A stretch of 64,000 nt of DNA from an uncultured delta proteobacterium (GCA_963845145.1 CAWJQU010000004.1:448001-512000), one strand, 5' to 3'. Shown: positions 8,290-18,122, counted from the stretch's first letter. Notes: generated by a model not told the origin, from the sequence alone. Numbers and translations are program-made.

Positions 8290-10608
8290 CTATAATGTTA
8301 GTCGCTTATAGAGTGCCGGGAGCATGGCGGGTAGCGATTCCGCCTTGGGCAGAACGATACTCTGGGTTTCAGAAGAGATCATGCGTAAATACTCCGCCCC
8401 TTTCTGATCCGAGGTGATGATAAAAGGATGTATTTGAGAGCGCCGGGCTTCCTGTATTGCTTTGCCGGTATCGGCGATGGCGTAATTTAAATTACCGTAT
8501 TCCAGGTCATAAGGACGACCATCGGTTAAAATCACCAGCAATTTAATGGCCGCCGACACCTCATCGAGTTTATGGATGGCATGCCGAATTACCGTACCCA
8601 TGCGGGTTAAACCCAAGGGTTCCAGGTTCCCCAGGCGGTATTGAACCGCCTGTTCGTAGGGTTCGCCAAAATCTTTGACACTGAACAGATCCACGCGAAA
8701 GCGCCCTTCGGAGCTGAATCCGTAAACAGCATAGGCATCTCCCAGTGAATCGAGGGCTTCGGCCATTAAGGCCATGGCTTCTTTTTGAATATCGACGATC
8801 CGTTTTCCACCCACTTCTTCTTCTGTAGATCCACTTAAATCGATTAAAAATAAGACGGCCACATCCCGGATGCGCTTGTCCCGCCGGACATAGACATTTT
8901 CGGAAAGAGACGATCCGGTCCGTTTATCTATCAGGGTTTCAATCAAGGCATCGATATCCAGTGCATCGCCATAGGCTTGGGCCCGATATTTTTTAAACCG
9001 TTCGGGTTTTAGTTTGACAAATTGACGTCGCAGCAGGCTGATAATGCCCCGCCGTTTTTCACGTAGCACTTCAACAAAATCGTTGGGGTCATCCGCGGCA
9101 GGCCGTTGCCTTACCAGGCACCAATCCAGCTTGTAGTCAGAAAGGGTGTGGTCCCACTCTTTGTAGAAAAACGTTTTGACATGTGCATCCAGCTCTTCGG
9201 CCTCCGGCGAGTCAAAGTCCATATTGTCCAACATTTCCCGAAACATCTCCCACAAAACGTCCCCGTCGCGTTCACCTTCGGCCATCATACTGGCCAAAAG
9301 GGCCTCAACCATTTCGGGGGGTAAATCTTCACCATAGGCCTCGATGGCTTTTTCCTTGATTTGGTCAATGGTATCATTGGTCTGGCCGATCAGGTCAGGG
9401 AAAATATCTCCCCACCAGGGAAACGGGGCCGTGATTTTTTTCTTAGGCGATCGGGGGTACGCGGTGGGCAGTTCACCGCCCATGACCTTTTCCATGGCCT
9501 TGTGTAGCCCGGGCAGACGTTCCAAAAGACGTCGATCCGCATCCAGATGAATGGGCACCTGTTCGAATAAAATCCTGCCGGCGTCTTCCAGATATTGACT
9601 TCGATTGAGCAGCATGGCCTGATGCAGGGCCATGAGCTTCATTAACTCAAAACTGGGCACGGTATCGGGCAGGAAAATGGTATGCCCGTCCGTTGCGGCG
9701 CCACCGGTGAACCCCTTATGGCCGACCAGTGCAATGTTGGAACGGATTTTGGCCGGACGTCCCAGGGCCGCCTCGCAGATCAGTCCCAGGGTGTGGGTGC
9801 GATCCTTTAAGGCCACGCCGGTGGCCAGGTCGTCGCGGTGTTCGAATGCCTTTAAAGAGGTTCCACCAAAATAGTTGACCAGCTCTTTGTCGGACTGATT
9901 TGCGTCAAGACCCTGGGTCACCCATTGATGGGTTTCGTCATCAGTGAGCAACAGGCACATGCGATTGCCGGCTTGAATAAATGCTTCGGCTGCTCCGGGA
10001 GATTTTGTGGAAATCCGCACGGCCTCTTCGAGAAAAAATTGCCACCGGGATAGGGTGTAACCGCACTGGCAGGAACCGGCTTGAATAAGATAAGCGTTGA
10101 CGGCTTTCCAGATTTTTCTGTCTGCGTTTGCGGTAACGAGAATCGACCACGCCTGTTGGCCCCAAACCAGCATGTCGTCCTTGCCCCGATGTTCCATAGC
10201 CGCCGGGGTCTCTTTGATGAAGGTGATTGATACGTCAATGTCTTGCCTGGCCAAGTCGAGGATGAGTTGGCTCCAGGTTGAGATAATCTTCTGATCCTGG
10301 GGCAGTTTCTTAAAGGTATCAAAATAGGGGAGGACCAGGGCCCAGTTCAACCGGCAAAATTTGATGGCCGTCTCTAGTATGGTTTCGCCCAGCGGCATTT
10401 GATCGATGGCCGTAATTTGTTTTTGGGCCTGACTTAGAAAAATGGCTGACGTGCGGGGCCTTAGGTGGGACACCGCATTTTGGAAATGTTCCAGTGTTTC
10501 GCGGGCCATATTGAGGGATTGCCTGGCTCTATGTGGTTTGGCATCGGAATCGGAAGGGGTGCCTCCGGATGGTAACGAAGACGGGGTGCGATGGTTTGGG
10601 GTATCCAT
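8290..10608 (-). CDS. NorD/CbbO-type VWA-domain adaptor
   Basis: FFYKEWD..DY, MIDAS DLSGS, TRMG..IRHA, LTDGRPYD, YAIADT. Confidence 0.85.
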   Translation of the reverse strand: MDTPNHRTPSSLPSGGTPSDSDAKPHRARQSLNMARETLEHFQNAVSHLRPRTSAIFLSQAQKQITAIDQMPLGETILETAIKFCRLNWALVLPYFDTFKKLPQDQKIISTWSQLILDLARQDIDVSITFIKETPAAMEHRGKDDMLVWGQQAWSILVTANADRKIWKAVNAYLIQAGSCQCGYTLSRWQFFLEEAVRISTKSPGAAEAFIQAGNRMCLLLTDDETHQWVTQGLDANQSDKELVNYFGGTSLKAFEHRDDLATGVALKDRTHTLGLICEAALGRPAKIRSNIALVGHKGFTGGAATDGHTIFLPDTVPSFELMKLMALHQAMLLNRSQYLEDAGRILFEQVPIHLDADRRLLERLPGLHKAMEKVMGGELPTAYPRSPKKKITAPFPWWGDIFPDLIGQTNDTIDQIKEKAIEAYGEDLPPEMVEALLASMMAEGERDGDVLWEMFREMLDNMDFDSPEAEELDAHVKTFFYKEWDHTLSDYKLDWCLVRQRPAADDPNDFVEVLREKRRGIISLLRRQFVKLKPERFKKYRAQAYGDALDIDALIETLIDKRTGSSLSENVYVRRDKRIRDVAVLFLIDLSGSTEEEVGGKRIVDIQKEAMALMAEALDSLGDAYAVYGFSSEGRFRVDLFSVKDFGEPYEQAVQYRLGNLEPLGLTRMGTVIRHAIHKLDEVSAAIKLLVILTDGRPYDLEYGNLNYAIADTGKAIQEARRSQIHPFIITSDQKGAEYLRMISSETQSIVLPKAESLPAMLPALYKRLTL

Positions 10609-10619
10609 GAATAGTACCG

Positions 10620-11444
10620 TTAAAAAATGCCCGTAACGATTTCAGCGATGGCTTCCCGCATATCGGCATCATCGGACATGGAGCGAGTGACGGCCGCCTC
10701 GCACGCTGTCGTTGCCGACAGGCCATCGATCATCAGCTTTCCGGCATAGACCAGCAGGCGGGTGCTGACGCCTTCTTCCAATCCATGCTGACGCAGGTTT
10801 CGGACCATTTCGCCCAGGCGAACCAGTTTGCCGGCCGTATCTTCATCCACACCGGCCTCTTTCATGATAATGGCCTGCTCGTCTTCGGCCCGGGGGTAGT
10901 CGAATTCAATACCCACAAAGCGCTGGCGGGTGGAGTGCTTCAGATCCTTGGTCACACTTTGGTAGCCCGGATTGTAGGAGATTACCAGTAGAAAGTCGGA
11001 ATGGGATTCCAGCAGCAGGCCCCGTTTCTCCTGGGGCAGTACCCGGCGGTCGTCGGTTAAGGGGTGGATCACGACGGTCGTATCCTTGCGGGCTTCTACC
11101 ACTTCGTCCAGGTAGCAGATGGCCCCGTGCTTGACGGCCAGACTTAAAGGGCCATCCTGCCAGGGGGTTTCTTCGCCCTTCAATAGGTATCTTCCGACCA
11201 GGTCACTGGCGGTGAGGTCTTCGTGACAGGCAACGGTCACCAGCGGGCGGGCCAGTTTCCAGGCCATATGTTCTAAAAATCGAGTTTTACCGCAACCCGT
11301 GGGGCCTTTCAGCATGACAGGTAGTTTGAGCCGGGCCGCGGATTCAAAAACTTCTAATTCGTCACCAGTGGGAAGGTAGTAGGGTTCCGAGGTGATGTGG
11401 TAGCTTTCAATGGCGATGCCGTTGGGTTTAGGAGGATACGCCAT
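10620..11444 (-). CDS. CbbQ/NirQ/NorQ MoxR-type AAA+ ATPase
   Basis: [56 protein letters not shown]. Confidence 0.92.
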   Translation of the reverse strand: MAYPPKPNGIAIESYHITSEPYYLPTGDELEVFESAARLKLPVMLKGPTGCGKTRFLEHMAWKLARPLVTVACHEDLTASDLVGRYLLKGEETPWQDGPLSLAVKHGAICYLDEVVEARKDTTVVIHPLTDDRRVLPQEKRGLLLESHSDFLLVISYNPGYQSVTKDLKHSTRQRFVGIEFDYPRAEDEQAIIMKEAGVDEDTAGKLVRLGEMVRNLRQHGLEEGVSTRLLVYAGKLMIDGLSATTACEAAVTRSMSDDADMREAIAEIVTGIF

Positions 11445-11621
11445 CGGGGGTTGCAGGGGTTTGCATGCCAGTCTCCATCTAACTTATTTTCGCATCCATA
11501 TTTTTATGTTTGGTTTAGAGTCCTTACAAAACTAACAGGATTGACCAAACGATGCTATAGGAAACTTGATCGCTGTCAATCCTGTAAGTGTTTTTAACGG
11601 ACGGCCTTAAATATACGGGGG

Positions 11622-12662
11622 TTAATACTTACCGTATAACTCCGCCGCCTCCATCATCGCAAAGGCGTTCATCAATGACCCGTTGGGCGGAAATTCGCAT
11701 CCAGTGGCCAGAATAAAACGCCCCCCTTCGGCAAGCTCCGCGATCTCTTTTTTGCACTCCTGTTTCATCTCTTCAGGGGTCCCCAGAAAGGCGTACTGGG
11801 CCGGGCTGGCGTATCCGATGATTGTGGTTTTGTCACCCCATTTTTTCTTTGTCTCCACCCAGTCGGCGCAATCATCGGGCGGGTAGGCACAGGAAATGGC
11901 GATGGGGTCCATCATCTCGATCTGCACGTCAAAGTAGATCCCATTGCCGCAGTTGTGGACGATAACCATCATACCGTTGTCCCGGCAGGCATCGGCCAGC
12001 ACTTTCGTAAAGGGACCCTCGATCTCTTTCCACATCTCTTTTCGCATGATGGTCTGGGAGGCGAAAAGGGTATCCAGAACAATGGCGTGGCACCCAGTTT
12101 TACCAATAGCCTTGATGTAGTCCACCAGCACATCGGTGATGACTTTCTCGGCCTGGATCACTGCTTCTTTATTTTTATAACAGTCTCTGAACAGGTTCTC
12201 CGCACCCCGCATCATGGCCAAAATCCCCAGTGGCCCGTAGACGAACCCCATGATAGCAGTACTGGCGGCTTTTTCGTTGCACAGGATGTCGTAATATTTC
12301 AGGGATTCTTTCATTCGCGGCGCCTTGGTGGGATCCAGTGCCTCAATTTTAAAATAGTCATCCGGTGTGGCGATAAAGGGGTTGTCGTAATTGGGATGAG
12401 CGGTGTCCTCAATGGGATACACCATTTCTTGTCCAAAATCAGCAGCCTCGACCGAGAGGTCCACCAATCCCAAAATTCCGTCATAGCCGATCAGGTCGTG
12501 GGCCTGAATCTGGGATTTAGCCATGATTTCCCCATCCTGCGACCATTCCTCATAAGTGACACCGTAGACTCTTCGGGAGGCGCCGCATACCAGCGGACCT
12601 GCAGGCACCCGATCCGGAATACCACCTTGGAGTACCGTACCGATTCTTTCTAATCCGTTCAT
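11622..12662 (-). CDS. Second MtaA/UroD-family methyltransferase
   Basis: ATG at 12662 after AGGAG; MNGLERI..PDRVP, DLSVEAADFG, VHNCG and TGCE motifs. Confidence 0.85.
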   Translation of the reverse strand: MNGLERIGTVLQGGIPDRVPAGPLVCGASRRVYGVTYEEWSQDGEIMAKSQIQAHDLIGYDGILGLVDLSVEAADFGQEMVYPIEDTAHPNYDNPFIATPDDYFKIEALDPTKAPRMKESLKYYDILCNEKAASTAIMGFVYGPLGILAMMRGAENLFRDCYKNKEAVIQAEKVITDVLVDYIKAIGKTGCHAIVLDTLFASQTIMRKEMWKEIEGPFTKVLADACRDNGMMVIVHNCGNGIYFDVQIEMMDPIAISCAYPPDDCADWVETKKKWGDKTTIIGYASPAQYAFLGTPEEMKQECKKEIAELAEGGRFILATGCEFPPNGSLMNAFAMMEAAELYGKY

Positions 12663-12737
12663 GGGATGTCTCCTTTCTTGTTTTGGAAGGTTAATATGAG
12701 ATTTAAGCAATTTTGCGACGCGATTTGGCGCCATCTA

Positions 12738-13325
12738 TCAGCCAATGAGGTTTACCACCTCCTCTACATTAATACCCTCTTTAGTGCTCAAAGGTATAAG
12801 CGGATCACAATACGCTTTTAACTGGGATTTTATGGTTTCAAACTCTTCTGCCTCAATTAAATCCACGCGGCTAACGGCAACTAGGTCAGCATCGGCCACT
12901 TGCCCGAGCAGCAAGTTCTGCCGTTCGTTCCATAAAAACCCGAACATCGGGCCGTCCACCAGCGTAATAAACGGACCGGAAACATAGCGAATATCCCTCA
13001 GGCCCATGGCCATGACGTCACGCAGTTCCCGGGTTACCACCATTTCGGAAGGTTCAATAAAGAGCAGGTCCGGATCGAATTCGCGTTTTATCTTTTTTTT
13101 CAGGTCAACCAAACTGGAGGCCAATGAACAGCCCACTCAGCCGCCGCGGATATACTCTACGGCAAGCTCATGGGTGGCGTTAAAATCATCGTCATATGCC
13201 ACCTTCCCGTCCTGGTTAACGATGACGGCCGACCGTTTTTCAGCCGCCTTAAACTGAGGTACCAGTTTTCGAATCAAGGTGGTCTTTCCACTGCCTTGAG
13301 CACCCGATATGCTGACGACTTGCAT
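12738..13325 (-). CDS. COG0523/CobW-like G3E GTPase metallochaperone, probable selenoprotein (UGA at 13137-13139)
   Basis: ORFs 13137..13325 and 12738..13136 are one frame split by one TGA. GAQGSGKTT, GG-U-VGC, FIEPS and SRVD align colinearly with the paralog at 13855..14469 (GGG-C-ICC). Confidence 0.8.
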
Positions 13326-13850
13326 CTATTCCTCCGCCTCAGAATCCGAATGGTCTTCGGAATCAAATTGTTCTTTTAGTTGTTTAATGAAGTCCTGCTT
13401 GGACGCAACAAAATCGAACTCGTCAAAGTAAGTATGCTCCTTCTCTTTGATCACAGAGAGCCCGCGTTGATCCGCGACTTCATGCATTCCCTCCAAGGTT
13501 GCCGCTTTAACCGCCGCTTCAGGAATGCCCTGGATGATACTGTTGATGGCGATGTAAAGGTCTTTTACCGAATCCGTGATATGCCCGGTAGAAAACGACC
13601 CATGGGAAACCCCTATGGTATCCGCTTTGATGGTTCCGGCTTCAGTGCGAAGATGGGACTTGATGTGGCCGATACAACGGGCACCGAGCTCCATGCATTT
13701 ATCGGCGATGGCCAGCATCATCTTTTCGGCCATGTTTTTGATAAACGCCTCGTTCATGGGTTCTTTGCGGCTTAATTTGGCGGCCACCCCGTACCCGCTG
13801 ACACCATGTTCGGTATAACAACCGGGCTCGTTGTCTATTTTCGCGTCCAT
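13326..13850 (-). CDS. Conserved hypothetical protein with a CIGHIKSH motif and acidic tail
   Basis: ATG at 13850 after GGAAGGAG; tightly coupled between the two GTPases. Confidence 0.7.
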   Translation of the reverse strand: MDAKIDNEPGCYTEHGVSGYGVAAKLSRKEPMNEAFIKNMAEKMMLAIADKCMELGARCIGHIKSHLRTEAGTIKADTIGVSHGSFSTGHITDSVKDLYIAINSIIQGIPEAAVKAATLEGMHEVADQRGLSVIKEKEHTYFDEFDFVASKQDFIKQLKEQFDSEDHSDSEAEE

Positions 13851-13854
13851 CGCT

Positions 13855-14469
13855 TTACTCCTTCCAGTTGACGATTCGATCAACCAGTTGATCCACGCCC
13901 AATCCGGAAAAGGAAGAGAGATTGATAATTTCGGCCTGGGCATTATGATCCCGCACCCTTTTTGAGGAGTCGGCGACATCGGCTTCTTCAACGGAATCCA
14001 CCTTACTGATGGCTAAGATGTCGGCATCTTTAATCTGGGTGGTTACCAGTTGTCCCAGCATATCCATATCCAACAGCTCCGCCGGGCGAGTGGCGTCAAA
14101 CAGTACGATGGCCGGGCCCAGGTGGATCTTGGCGTCGCGCCCGCCCATTCTGGCTGCCAGCTTTACCTGACTGGGAACGGCCACACCAGTAGGTTCCACC
14201 AGAACGTGATCCGGCGAAAAATCCTTATAAAGCCGGTAGATGGTTTTGGCGAAAGTTGCAGCCACTTCGCAGCAAATACACCCACCACCGATATCCTTGA
14301 CCTGCATCCCGCTCTCTTCGATCACTTTGCCGTCGACCGGAATTTCGCCGATTTCATTGACGACAAGGGCGACTTTGCGTTCATTGTCACCGGCCAGTTG
14401 TCGGGACAGTTTGAGCAAGAGGGTTGTTTTTCCACAGCCTAAAAACCCGGCTACTTGGGTGATTTTCAT
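13855..14469 (-). CDS. COG0523/CobW-family GTPase (Cys form, nucleotide-binding domain only)
   Basis: GFLGCGKTT, VNEIGE, GGCICC, VEPTG, SKVD; GGAGG RBS before the ATG at 14469. Confidence 0.9.
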   Translation of the reverse strand: MKITQVAGFLGCGKTTLLLKLSRQLAGDNERKVALVVNEIGEIPVDGKVIEESGMQVKDIGGGCICCEVAATFAKTIYRLYKDFSPDHVLVEPTGVAVPSQVKLAARMGGRDAKIHLGPAIVLFDATRPAELLDMDMLGQLVTTQIKDADILAISKVDSVEEADVADSSKRVRDHNAQAEIINLSSFSGLGVDQLVDRIVNWKE

Positions 14470-14629
14470 TGGGCCTCCCAAAAGTGAGAATTGTTGACGC
14501 GAAGGCGTTGGTAATTCATTGATGCCATCGGTATTAGCCTTAAAGATAAGATGACTGAAGGGGTGAATCTGATTTATTTTATAGTATTGGTTTGGTGGGC
14601 CTGTAAAGGTAATGGAATAGGTAAAAAAC

Positions 14630-14647
14630 GGGTAATTTTTAATACCC
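14630..14647. promoter_or_regulatory. Putative operator GGGTA-N8-TACCC
   Basis: Palindrome upstream of the GTPase/methyltransferase operon; same geometry at 21935 and 26818. Confidence 0.5.
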
Positions 14648-14706
14648 GAAACAGTTTCATTGTCTCTATTCTGCTGAAAACGTCAAAAGGGAAAATCAGG
14701 CTGGAC

Positions 14707-15504
14707 TCAGGTTAGCAAGTGTGTTTTGAGCTTTTTAAACATCGCAACCAACTGGTCGGAAAAAGACATCTGTTCAAAACGATGGGAGATTTCGGCCAAC
14801 TCCTCTATCAAGTTCCTGTCTTCAGGTAAAAAATAATCATGGCAGGACCACCAGAAAGAATTGAGCGTCACGAATTCGCCCTGGCGAGCTAAAAGTGCCA
14901 CGGACGTATGTTGCCTCAGCTTTTTACATAGAAATATCGAGCGGGTCCAATGATGGGGTACGAGATTTTTATAATTCTTCTCATCCTCTTCTGATGGCGC
15001 AATTCTAAAATAAAAATAGTAGAGTAAGGACTGATCGTGGGCCATATCCAGAATTAGCTTGACCGCCATGACCTGTTGCAGGCTTATCTCAAGCTGAAAT
15101 ACCAGATACCGCATCACTTGGGTGGCCATGCCGCTGACATTGATTAACGGCAGGATCTCCCGCTTGAAATTAAACCGGCCTTCGGTTGGACGACATTTAA
15201 TGACCTGGACGGCCAAGGCCAGGTCAAGCCAACCTTGCAACGCCAGGGCGGGTATATCGATTAGACTCGGCTGATAGAGATGGAGGGTCAATGGTGAAAT
15301 ATCGTTTTTATTCTGCGGATGGGACAGAATCGGTTCACCCTTGTTTCCCGGAAAATCGGCAAGGTTTTCGTGAATAATATAATGAACGGCTAATGGATGT
15401 TCGGGGGCCATCTTGTTTTGAAATTCCATTATAAAATGCGATGTATATCGGGACAATGCATCCGCGCTTGTGATCGTGATATCTGGATTAACGCTTGTTG
15501 ACAT
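14707..15504 (-). CDS. Hypothetical protein
   Basis: 265-aa ORF co-oriented with its neighbours; no motif recognised. Confidence 0.6.
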   Translation of the reverse strand: MSTSVNPDITITSADALSRYTSHFIMEFQNKMAPEHPLAVHYIIHENLADFPGNKGEPILSHPQNKNDISPLTLHLYQPSLIDIPALALQGWLDLALAVQVIKCRPTEGRFNFKREILPLINVSGMATQVMRYLVFQLEISLQQVMAVKLILDMAHDQSLLYYFYFRIAPSEEDEKNYKNLVPHHWTRSIFLCKKLRQHTSVALLARQGEFVTLNSFWWSCHDYFLPEDRNLIEELAEISHRFEQMSFSDQLVAMFKKLKTHLLT

Positions 15505-15538
15505 CTTGATTTATCCCGATTGATTTATCCCAAAAGGT

Positions 15539-16414
15539 TCATTGGGCGCTTCCTTGATCCGCCTCACGCGAAAAGAAAGATTTGTCGGAAAGCAATGCGT
15601 ACAGGTTCACTTTTTTTCCCCGAAGCCCCAGTTTTCGGCGAATGTTTTTTCGATGGGTCTGAATGGTTTCAAAAGAACTGTTGAGCATGTGGGCGATCTC
15701 TTTGCCTGTGTGACCGGATTGAATCAATACACAGATTTTCATTTCGGTACGGGTCAATAACAAAAATCGGGCATCCAGCTCTACCCCGAAACCTTTGGTT
15801 AATCCGATCAGCTGTTCTCGCATGATTTCCAAAAAGGTGTTTCTTAGATTGACCGAGGGCTCGCGTCTAATTTTTTCCAATGTCGGCAAGAGTAGCGTTT
15901 CGATTTTGTAGGAAATATTTCTTTCCATTCCGTCTTTTTCGCGACTAAACGCTTTCATCAGGGTCCGCATGGTGACATACATCTCCCTGCGGTTGGCTTT
16001 TTCCTGACGAACCTGGTCCCTGAGCATTTTATAATCGGTCAAATCCCGGATGTTGATGCAGTAAAGCTTTCGTTGGCGCCAGCGAATTTTTTTAATCGTC
16101 ATATCGACCGGAAATGGTTGGCCGGAGATACCCAGACAATTTTGTTCGCCCGCCCAATTATCGGTCTTTTTCAGGCCTGCCATGGTTTGATCAAATCGGG
16201 GCCGGTCTGCCGGTGCGAGCAAGTTGCGAAATGTCGCTCCTGATTGGTGAACCATCGCAGCACCGAAAAGCTCCCCGGCATGATCATTGGTCATAAGGAT
16301 TTTTAAATGGCTATCGACAAAAAAAAGAGCGTCGCCCGTATCGGGAAAGACGGATCGGTAAAAAATCTCAAAGGATTCATATATCTGCCCGAGGTCCTGC
16401 ATACTCGATCCCAA
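15539..16414 (-). CDS. PAS + LuxR-HTH transcriptional regulator
   Basis: PAS-like N-half; LTRTEMKIC..G.TGKEIA..TIQTHRKNIRRKLGL. Confidence 0.88.
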   Translation of the reverse strand: MGSSMQDLGQIYESFEIFYRSVFPDTGDALFFVDSHLKILMTNDHAGELFGAAMVHQSGATFRNLLAPADRPRFDQTMAGLKKTDNWAGEQNCLGISGQPFPVDMTIKKIRWRQRKLYCINIRDLTDYKMLRDQVRQEKANRREMYVTMRTLMKAFSREKDGMERNISYKIETLLLPTLEKIRREPSVNLRNTFLEIMREQLIGLTKGFGVELDARFLLLTRTEMKICVLIQSGHTGKEIAHMLNSSFETIQTHRKNIRRKLGLRGKKVNLYALLSDKSFFSREADQGSAQ

Positions 16415-16426
16415 ATCGGGTCGCCT

Positions 16427-18052
16427 CTAACCTGTCCGGCGGCGAGACGAAGGTTTCAGTTTCAAGGTCTGGATAGCTTCTTCAATGGTCACGGGTATGT
16501 CATGATCGTCGCCGGATTCGGAAAACAGCTCCTGAAATAGGCGGGTGAGAATCGGTGGCTCCAACCTGGCTGTCTCCAGTAGGGCTCTGTCAGTCAATAT
16601 CTCGCGAACGGACCCATCGGCAATGATTCGGCCCTGATTGAGAATGACGATCCGCTTGGCGATGGCGGCCGCTACATTAATATCATGGGTGACCATGACC
16701 AGGGTATAGCCATGGTGGCTGTTTAAATGCTTTATCAGGTCGACGAGGTGGTTGGCCGAGGCCGGATCGAGGCTGGCCGTGGGTTCATCCAAAAGAATCA
16801 ACGGCGGCCGCATGGCAATCAGTCCGGCCAACCCCACCCGTTTCATCTCCCCATGACTCAGCCGATGAATGGGGCGGTGGGCCAGATGCGACACTTCCAT
16901 CAATTCCATGGCCGTTTCCACCAGGCGGTCTGCTTCCTCGGCTTCCAGACCCAGATTTTTGGGGCCATAGGCAACATCTTCACGCACATGGGTGCAGAAC
17001 AACTGGTCATTGGGATCCTGGAACATGAAACCCACCTGATGAAAGGCTTCTTTACGGTTTTTACGGTCCAGCGTTCGGCCAAAAAGTTTCACTTCACCGC
17101 TGTCCGGACGCAAAATCCCGGCAAACAATTTCAAAAGGGTGGTTTTACCGGCCCCGTTGGGGCCACACAATACCACCACTTCCCCCCTGGATATGGTCAG
17201 CGAGATCTCTTTTAACGCCCGATCGCCTTTATATGAATGACATACCTGGTCGCAGGAAATTACCGGAACCTCTTTTTCGGTATACAGCGGGGTGACATCG
17301 CATTGATTGGGGCAGGATTGGGTGGATTGCGGTTTTTCCATGGGCACTTCCTCAGCGACGGCATTTTCACCTCGGGCCGTCATGGCCTCTTGAATTCTCA
17401 AGGTCCGGTCATAGGCCCTGAGAATGATTTGGGCGAGAATCATGGCGAGGGTGCGGCAGGCCATGCCATAGGTTTGAAGCCCGCCTTTGATTCGAGCGAC
17501 ATCCCGCATTTTGAAAAATTCATCAAACAATAAAAACGCGTAGCGATAGGAAGTGGCCATGACTTCGATGAGAATGGTCGGTACGCGAAACCATTTAAGC
17601 GCTTCCAGCACACGATCAAATGGGGTTGTTAAAAAAACGGCGGCCAGCCAAGCCATATCACAGGCAACCCGTGCCGCAGCGGAAAGGCCCAGAAGGATGC
17701 CCTCCCGGTAAATATTTACGGCCCCCAGGGACCACACCGGCGTTGTGCCGAAACCGACGGAGAATCCGAAAAATACAATCAGTGTGGCCCACGCCGGGGC
17801 GATAAAAAAGAGTGCAAAATGGCCCGGAGAGATACGGGACCACAAGGCCAAAAAGAGGCTTAAAAATAAGAGAGTCAAGGAGAGCCACAGTTGGGCGATC
17901 ACCACATTCAGGGCCACCGCCGTCACCAACATGGCCAGTTTCAGCCTGGGGTCCAGTCGGTGCAGCCCCCGATCGGCACTCTGATCCCGATACCCGTTGG
18001 CTAGGGAATCTGTATCGATGTGAATACCATGCAGAAAATCGTTACGATTCAT
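16427..18052 (-). CDS. cbiQO: ECF transporter T component (CbiQ) in frame with ATPase (CbiO)
   Basis: LHRLDPRLKL and AMTARG (T component); GPNGAGKTT, FQDPNDQ, LSHGEMKR, LDEPT (ATPase). Confidence 0.82.
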   Translation of the reverse strand: MNRNDFLHGIHIDTDSLANGYRDQSADRGLHRLDPRLKLAMLVTAVALNVVIAQLWLSLTLLFLSLFLALWSRISPGHFALFFIAPAWATLIVFFGFSVGFGTTPVWSLGAVNIYREGILLGLSAAARVACDMAWLAAVFLTTPFDRVLEALKWFRVPTILIEVMATSYRYAFLLFDEFFKMRDVARIKGGLQTYGMACRTLAMILAQIILRAYDRTLRIQEAMTARGENAVAEEVPMEKPQSTQSCPNQCDVTPLYTEKEVPVISCDQVCHSYKGDRALKEISLTISRGEVVVLCGPNGAGKTTLLKLFAGILRPDSGEVKLFGRTLDRKNRKEAFHQVGFMFQDPNDQLFCTHVREDVAYGPKNLGLEAEEADRLVETAMELMEVSHLAHRPIHRLSHGEMKRVGLAGLIAMRPPLILLDEPTASLDPASANHLVDLIKHLNSHHGYTLVMVTHDINVAAAIAKRIVILNQGRIIADGSVREILTDRALLETARLEPPILTRLFQELFSESGDDHDIPVTIEEAIQTLKLKPSSRRRTG

Positions 18053-18071
18053 ATTAGAGCCATTTTATCCA

Positions 18072-18122
18072 ATGACGCCCCAGGTTGATGATGCCCCAGG
18101 TTGATGACGCACGTGGTTGATG
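18072..18122. repeat. 16-bp tandem repeat x3
   Basis: ATGACGCCCCAGGTTG / ATGATGCCCCAGGTTG / ATGACGCACGTGGTTG, between cbiM and cbiQ. Confidence 0.85.

Noticed and set aside
11955..12653. 232-aa plus-strand ORF
   Set aside because: Antisense shadow of the MtaA-family gene.
13851..13991. Long N-terminal extensions from the ORF track (also at 12734, 19951, 32754, 36921)
   Set aside because: They overlap neighbouring genes or promoters; shorter starts, most with a clear RBS, were used instead.
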